Shown piece by piece: positions 60,881 to 64,000 of a stretch of DNA of 64,000 bases (the first letter of the stretch is position 1; every line of letters starts with the position of its first letter). The DNA is from a virus: IMG/VR virus record IMGVR_UViG_3300021387_000700; one strand, 5' to 3'. The notes under the pieces are model-generated. The model made no database searches. It had not been told where the DNA came from and worked only from the letters and a program-made list of their open reading frames with translations. The position numbers and the translations under genes were made by a program.

Positions 60881-60933
60881 TGGTACACTTTATCGACCTG
60901 CGATGAAAAACGCGCTTAAAACGCCTAAAAACA

Positions 60934-61320
60934 TTATTTGCACGGCTCGCCTATCTCCTCTACCGCACATTTTGTTATGTAACCCGTAAGATATGCCGCA
61001 TCCTCTCCATCCCAATCAACACCGTAGTACTCGATAATCGCGTCGGCTACGTGTTTTATTTCGTGGATTAGCGTAGACCAAAACTCGCTTGGTGATGTGG
61101 CCTTGCTTACGAATATGGCCGACATGCGTATATCTGCGTTCGATACGGCCATACCCGTATTGTAGTTCGATAGAATCTTCAAAGCCCTTCCTGCGTTCCT
61201 ATCCGACATGCCAAAGCTGCGCATTATAGCCCAAAGGTCGTCGTAATCGGTAACATCATATCCGCAGTTCACGATGATGCCCCAGCGACCGTCGACATCT
61301 ATGTATTTCGTTTCAATCAT
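60934..61320 (-). CDS. small HExxH-motif protein (putative metallopeptidase-like)
   Basis: 128 aa with ...FWSTLIHEIKHVADAI...AAYLTGYI. The layout matches the 59441..59842 protein. Confidence 0.4.
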   Translation of the reverse strand: MIETKYIDVDGRWGIIVNCGYDVTDYDDLWAIMRSFGMSDRNAGRALKILSNYNTGMAVSNADIRMSAIFVSKATSPSEFWSTLIHEIKHVADAIIEYYGVDWDGEDAAYLTGYITKCAVEEIGEPCK

Positions 61321-61326
61321 AAAGCC

Positions 61327-61755
61327 CTACCATGCTGAGTGTATCATATTCTCCCAAAAGATAGCAATGCCCTTACCGCCACAATCGGCAAGGAAACGGT
61401 TAAATACCAACCCTTCATAACCGTCGGGGTCGCAGATAACATCTTCGATATAGCGAGCCATGTGCTCCTCATCCTCGATGCTGCTGCCCCAATAGTCGGC
61501 CTTAACCATGTTTGCCAAGTACAATGCGTCGTATTGCTCGTTTGTATCAATGTTCACGCTGTACTTTTCAAGCATAGCCTTTAACTCCTCCATCGTAAAC
61601 GGTGTTATACGTTTGATAACGCCCGTTTGCTTATCTTCCCTTTTCATCTTACTAACGGCAAACTCGCAAAGCAGCTTATTGAAATGCGTGCCGTAATACG
61701 AAAGATACTGCTGCATATCTTCGGGAATCAAATAGTTCATCATTGTATTTGCCAT
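61327..61755 (-). CDS. hypothetical protein
   Basis: 142 aa. Confidence 0.45.
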   Translation of the reverse strand: MANTMMNYLIPEDMQQYLSYYGTHFNKLLCEFAVSKMKREDKQTGVIKRITPFTMEELKAMLEKYSVNIDTNEQYDALYLANMVKADYWGSSIEDEEHMARYIEDVICDPDGYEGLVFNRFLADCGGKGIAIFWENMIHSAW

Positions 61756-61900
61756 AATCTGTTAATTTTTTCCGATTTCTTTTACACGTTTCAAGAATAT
61801 GTTAAATTTCTTGCTAATTCTTTCAAGACTTGCAAGAATTGGAAAGAACTTGAAAGGATTGGATAAGGCAAATGCGCATACCCAACCCTTTTGTTCTATC

Positions 61901-62131
61901 CTACACGAAACGGCCTCGGCTGTCACGACTGCGACGAAATTCCTCATCCATGTCGTTCTCGCTGTCCTCCCATCCGTGTTTGTAACCCATGCGGTAGCCG
62001 TGTTCCCAGCCTTCCCCGCCGTTCATCATTGGCATAGTGCCATCGTGACGGTTGGCGGTACGCATGGAGCGGCGCATCTGATGCCGAATATTGCCGCCAT
62101 CACCTTCTCTGTCTACAAAAATATATCCCAT
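61901..62131 (-). CDS. hypothetical small Gly/His/Arg/Met-rich protein
   Basis: 76 aa. Confidence 0.35.
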   Translation of the reverse strand: MGYIFVDREGDGGNIRHQMRRSMRTANRHDGTMPMMNGGEGWEHGYRMGYKHGWEDSENDMDEEFRRSRDSRGRFV

Positions 62132-62158
62132 AGTCGTATTTGTTTTTAATGGAAAACA

Positions 62159-62704
62159 TTAGCCTTGGGACTTTCCTCCCGAACCGTTCAGTTGGCGTAG
62201 GATGGTAAGCATTTCGGAATTTTGCGCTTTTAGTTCCGCAAGCTGTGCATCTTGAGCCTTTTGCTTTTCCTGCAAAGACTGAATGACGCGTGCGTTTTGC
62301 TTATTTTCTGCATATTGCGGATTAAGCACCTCAAGCATCTTTTCCGATTCCGAGATAACGCTTTTGTGAAACGGCACTTGCTCTATCGCTTTTTTTGATG
62401 TCTGCAACATCGCATCAACCGCTTGCAACATTGCCTCGCGGCTACCGCTAAACGTATCATTACCTCTTGCTGCGATTTCGACATTTATAGGAATCTCCGC
62501 AAATGTCTCGTCTTTGCCATTTATTGTTGCCACGATGTCAATAACCTGCTGCATCTGCATACCAGTCATAACATTTGGTGTTTGCGTCGGAAACTTGGCA
62601 CGCGGCTGAGATTTTGTCTTAACCACACCAACCTCCAAAACGGGCTTTTCGCCGCGTCTCAAAACGTAGAAGGGATTACCACTCCCAAGACTATTGAAAT
62701 CCAT
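62159..62704 (-). CDS. hypothetical protein with C-terminal coiled coil
   Basis: 181 aa. Confidence 0.45.
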   Translation of the reverse strand: MDFNSLGSGNPFYVLRRGEKPVLEVGVVKTKSQPRAKFPTQTPNVMTGMQMQQVIDIVATINGKDETFAEIPINVEIAARGNDTFSGSREAMLQAVDAMLQTSKKAIEQVPFHKSVISESEKMLEVLNPQYAENKQNARVIQSLQEKQKAQDAQLAELKAQNSEMLTILRQLNGSGGKSQG

Positions 62705-62730
62705 GTTGTTTTGTTTTTATAAGTTATTAA

Positions 62731-63072
62731 TTAAACTACGGTACGTGACATAAGAGCCAATATGCCGTTAAACCTATCGTTAAAGATAAGCATTACGTTA
62801 GTTCCAAGCACGTCCGCAACCGTTACGGCAGTTCCGTTAGGTAGTGTTAGCGGCCTTGTTACGCCGTTAAGTGTAAGCGTAATAGGCAATGACGCGGTTG
62901 CATCCGATGGGATAGCGTTCTCCATACGGATAGTCAAATATCCGATTGGCTGAATACGCCGCCAGCCAAGTGCAATATTAACCGCATCTGTACCTACGGT
63001 AACTTGCGTGTTCGCGATGTAAGGCTGACCACCAGCATTAATTGTTATATTGCAGTTACAATTACAATTCAT
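62731..63072 (-). CDS. hypothetical protein starting MNCNCNCN
   Basis: 113 aa. The rest is beta-rich and T/V/N/L-rich. Confidence 0.45.
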   Translation of the reverse strand: MNCNCNCNITINAGGQPYIANTQVTVGTDAVNIALGWRRIQPIGYLTIRMENAIPSDATASLPITLTLNGVTRPLTLPNGTAVTVADVLGTNVMLIFNDRFNGILALMSRTVV

Positions 63073-63098
63073 ACCTTTAACCTCCTATGCCTTAATCG

Positions 63099-64000
63099 TT
63101 AGAATACAAAGTTATTACCGTTGAAACCGCCGTAGAAACCACCCATGTACGGTGTGGAATTTACAACCTGCAAGTTAGGATACTGCACGGGTACGGTGTT
63201 CGGCATCTTGCTCTTGATGTCGTCGACTTGGTTCTGAATGCCTGCGAGCTGACCAAGGATAGGTGCAACGGCCTGCTGAACGACGCCAGTAGTGAAGTTT
63301 TGCGACTTCAACGTAGCGACCTCGGAGGTCAATGCCGTAATCTCGCGGTCTTTGCGGTTGGATTCCATTTGGTCGAGCTTGTTGTCAAGCGCAAGATAGT
63401 TGCGGTTCATCGTGTCGGTCAAAGCGTATGTCTGTTGGCACATAGCAAGCTGGTCGGCTGCTGCCTTTGCGTCTACCTTGTTGCCAACGCCGTTGATTGC
63501 GTTCTGCAAGGTGTTCGTTTGCTGACAAGTAGCAAGCTGTTGGTCGCAACAACACTTTTGGAAAGTGCTTATGATGCTTGCGTCGCCGCTTTGAATCGAA
63601 TTGATTATTTGCGGTACGCTTACGGCTTGCTGCAACGCCAATGTCTGCAATGCGTTCTGAACCGTCTGCACGCCTTGATTGACAAGGTTGAAGTCTTGGC
63701 CAAGCATCGTTGACAAAGTTTGGATTGCCGTGCGTGAAGCCTCGCCTTGGTTCGTGATTGCATTCATGATAAGCTCGCGACCCGAATCGTTCGACAACTG
63801 ATTAGCCAAGAAAGCCGCGCCTGAGTTTCCTCCGCCAAAGCCTCCATTGCCAAATCCGCCACCGTTCCAGCCGAACATTGAAGCAATGATAGCCAATCCA
63901 AACAAGTCAGCAATCCCGTTCATGCCATAGCCAAAACCATTACCGAACCCACCAAAGCCTCCAAAGCCACCGATGGGAATAGAGAATGGAATGTTACCAA
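63099..64000 (-). CDS. Gly/Phe-rich, Cys/Gln-rich coiled-coil protein (partial; N-terminus beyond right edge)
   Basis: The frame stays open upstream of Met 63923 to the window edge (...GNIPFSIPIGGFGGFGGFGNGFGYGMNGIADLF...). It has a hydrophobic segment, QKCCCDQQLATCQQ, heptad regions, and ends ...YMGGFYGGFNGNNFVF. Confidence 0.45.
   Translation of the reverse strand, partial: GNIPFSIPIGGFGGFGGFGNGFGYGMNGIADLFGLAIIASMFGWNGGGFGNGGFGGGNSGAAFLANQLSNDSGRELIMNAITNQGEASRTAIQTLSTMLGQDFNLVNQGVQTVQNALQTLALQQAVSVPQIINSIQSGDASIISTFQKCCCDQQLATCQQTNTLQNAINGVGNKVDAKAAADQLAMCQQTYALTDTMNRNYLALDNKLDQMESNRKDREITALTSEVATLKSQNFTTGVVQQAVAPILGQLAGIQNQVDDIKSKMPNTVPVQYPNLQVVNSTPYMGGFYGGFNGNNFVF

Noticed and set aside
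1-64000. A diversity-generating retroelement or retron, considered because of the RNase H genes and structured RNA.
   Set aside because: No reverse transcriptase motif (YxDD context) is seen in any frame I read, and no template/variable repeat pair was noticed.

Overview
This window is about 64 kb of a tailed dsDNA phage, probably siphovirus-like given its very long tape measure. The host is inferred to be Bacteroidota, because the Bacteroides-type -7 promoter box TAnnTTTG (often TAnnTTTGCACC) recurs in front of operons and one gene is DUF3127-like. All three stop codons are used, so there is no sign of recoding.

Layout:
1. 1-802: terminase large subunit on the minus strand, running off the left edge and divergent from the next block.
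2. 1029-14712: rightward morphogenesis operon. It holds scaffold, capsid proteins, head-tail joining proteins, major tail protein, a G/GT-type chaperone pair with a -1 slippery T-run, and a 2163-aa tape measure.
3. 14844-25457: leftward replication and DNA-modification block. It holds a PrimPol-helicase fusion, two SSB-like proteins, MazG, one intact DNA methyltransferase, and a second one split by a G10 tract.
4. 25.5-27.9 kb: an ORF-free, very AT-rich control or origin-like region with palindromes and promoters facing both ways.
5. 27928-60821: a long rightward set of operons. It holds an AAA+ ATPase, many small ORFs, a serine recombinase, an AP2/HNH-like gene, two RNase H paralogs behind a ~0.5 kb structured non-coding leader, GNAT, a third SSB-like protein, an exonuclease/RecT pair, a third methyltransferase, three tRNAs plus a tmRNA, and a sliding clamp.
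6. 60934-64000: a leftward block of unknown proteins, including a Gly/Phe-rich coiled-coil protein that runs off the right edge.

The items I rate as most worth follow-up are the G10-interrupted methyltransferase (possible phase variation), the phage-borne tmRNA with atypical tRNAs, the promoter-driven structured non-coding region upstream of the twin RNase H genes, the palindrome-bearing AT-rich region, and a five-fold repeated CGTATTAA...TATAGGAGG element carrying a strong Shine-Dalgarno.

All functional calls come from motifs I could read in the translations. No database search was run, and most small ORFs remain hypothetical.
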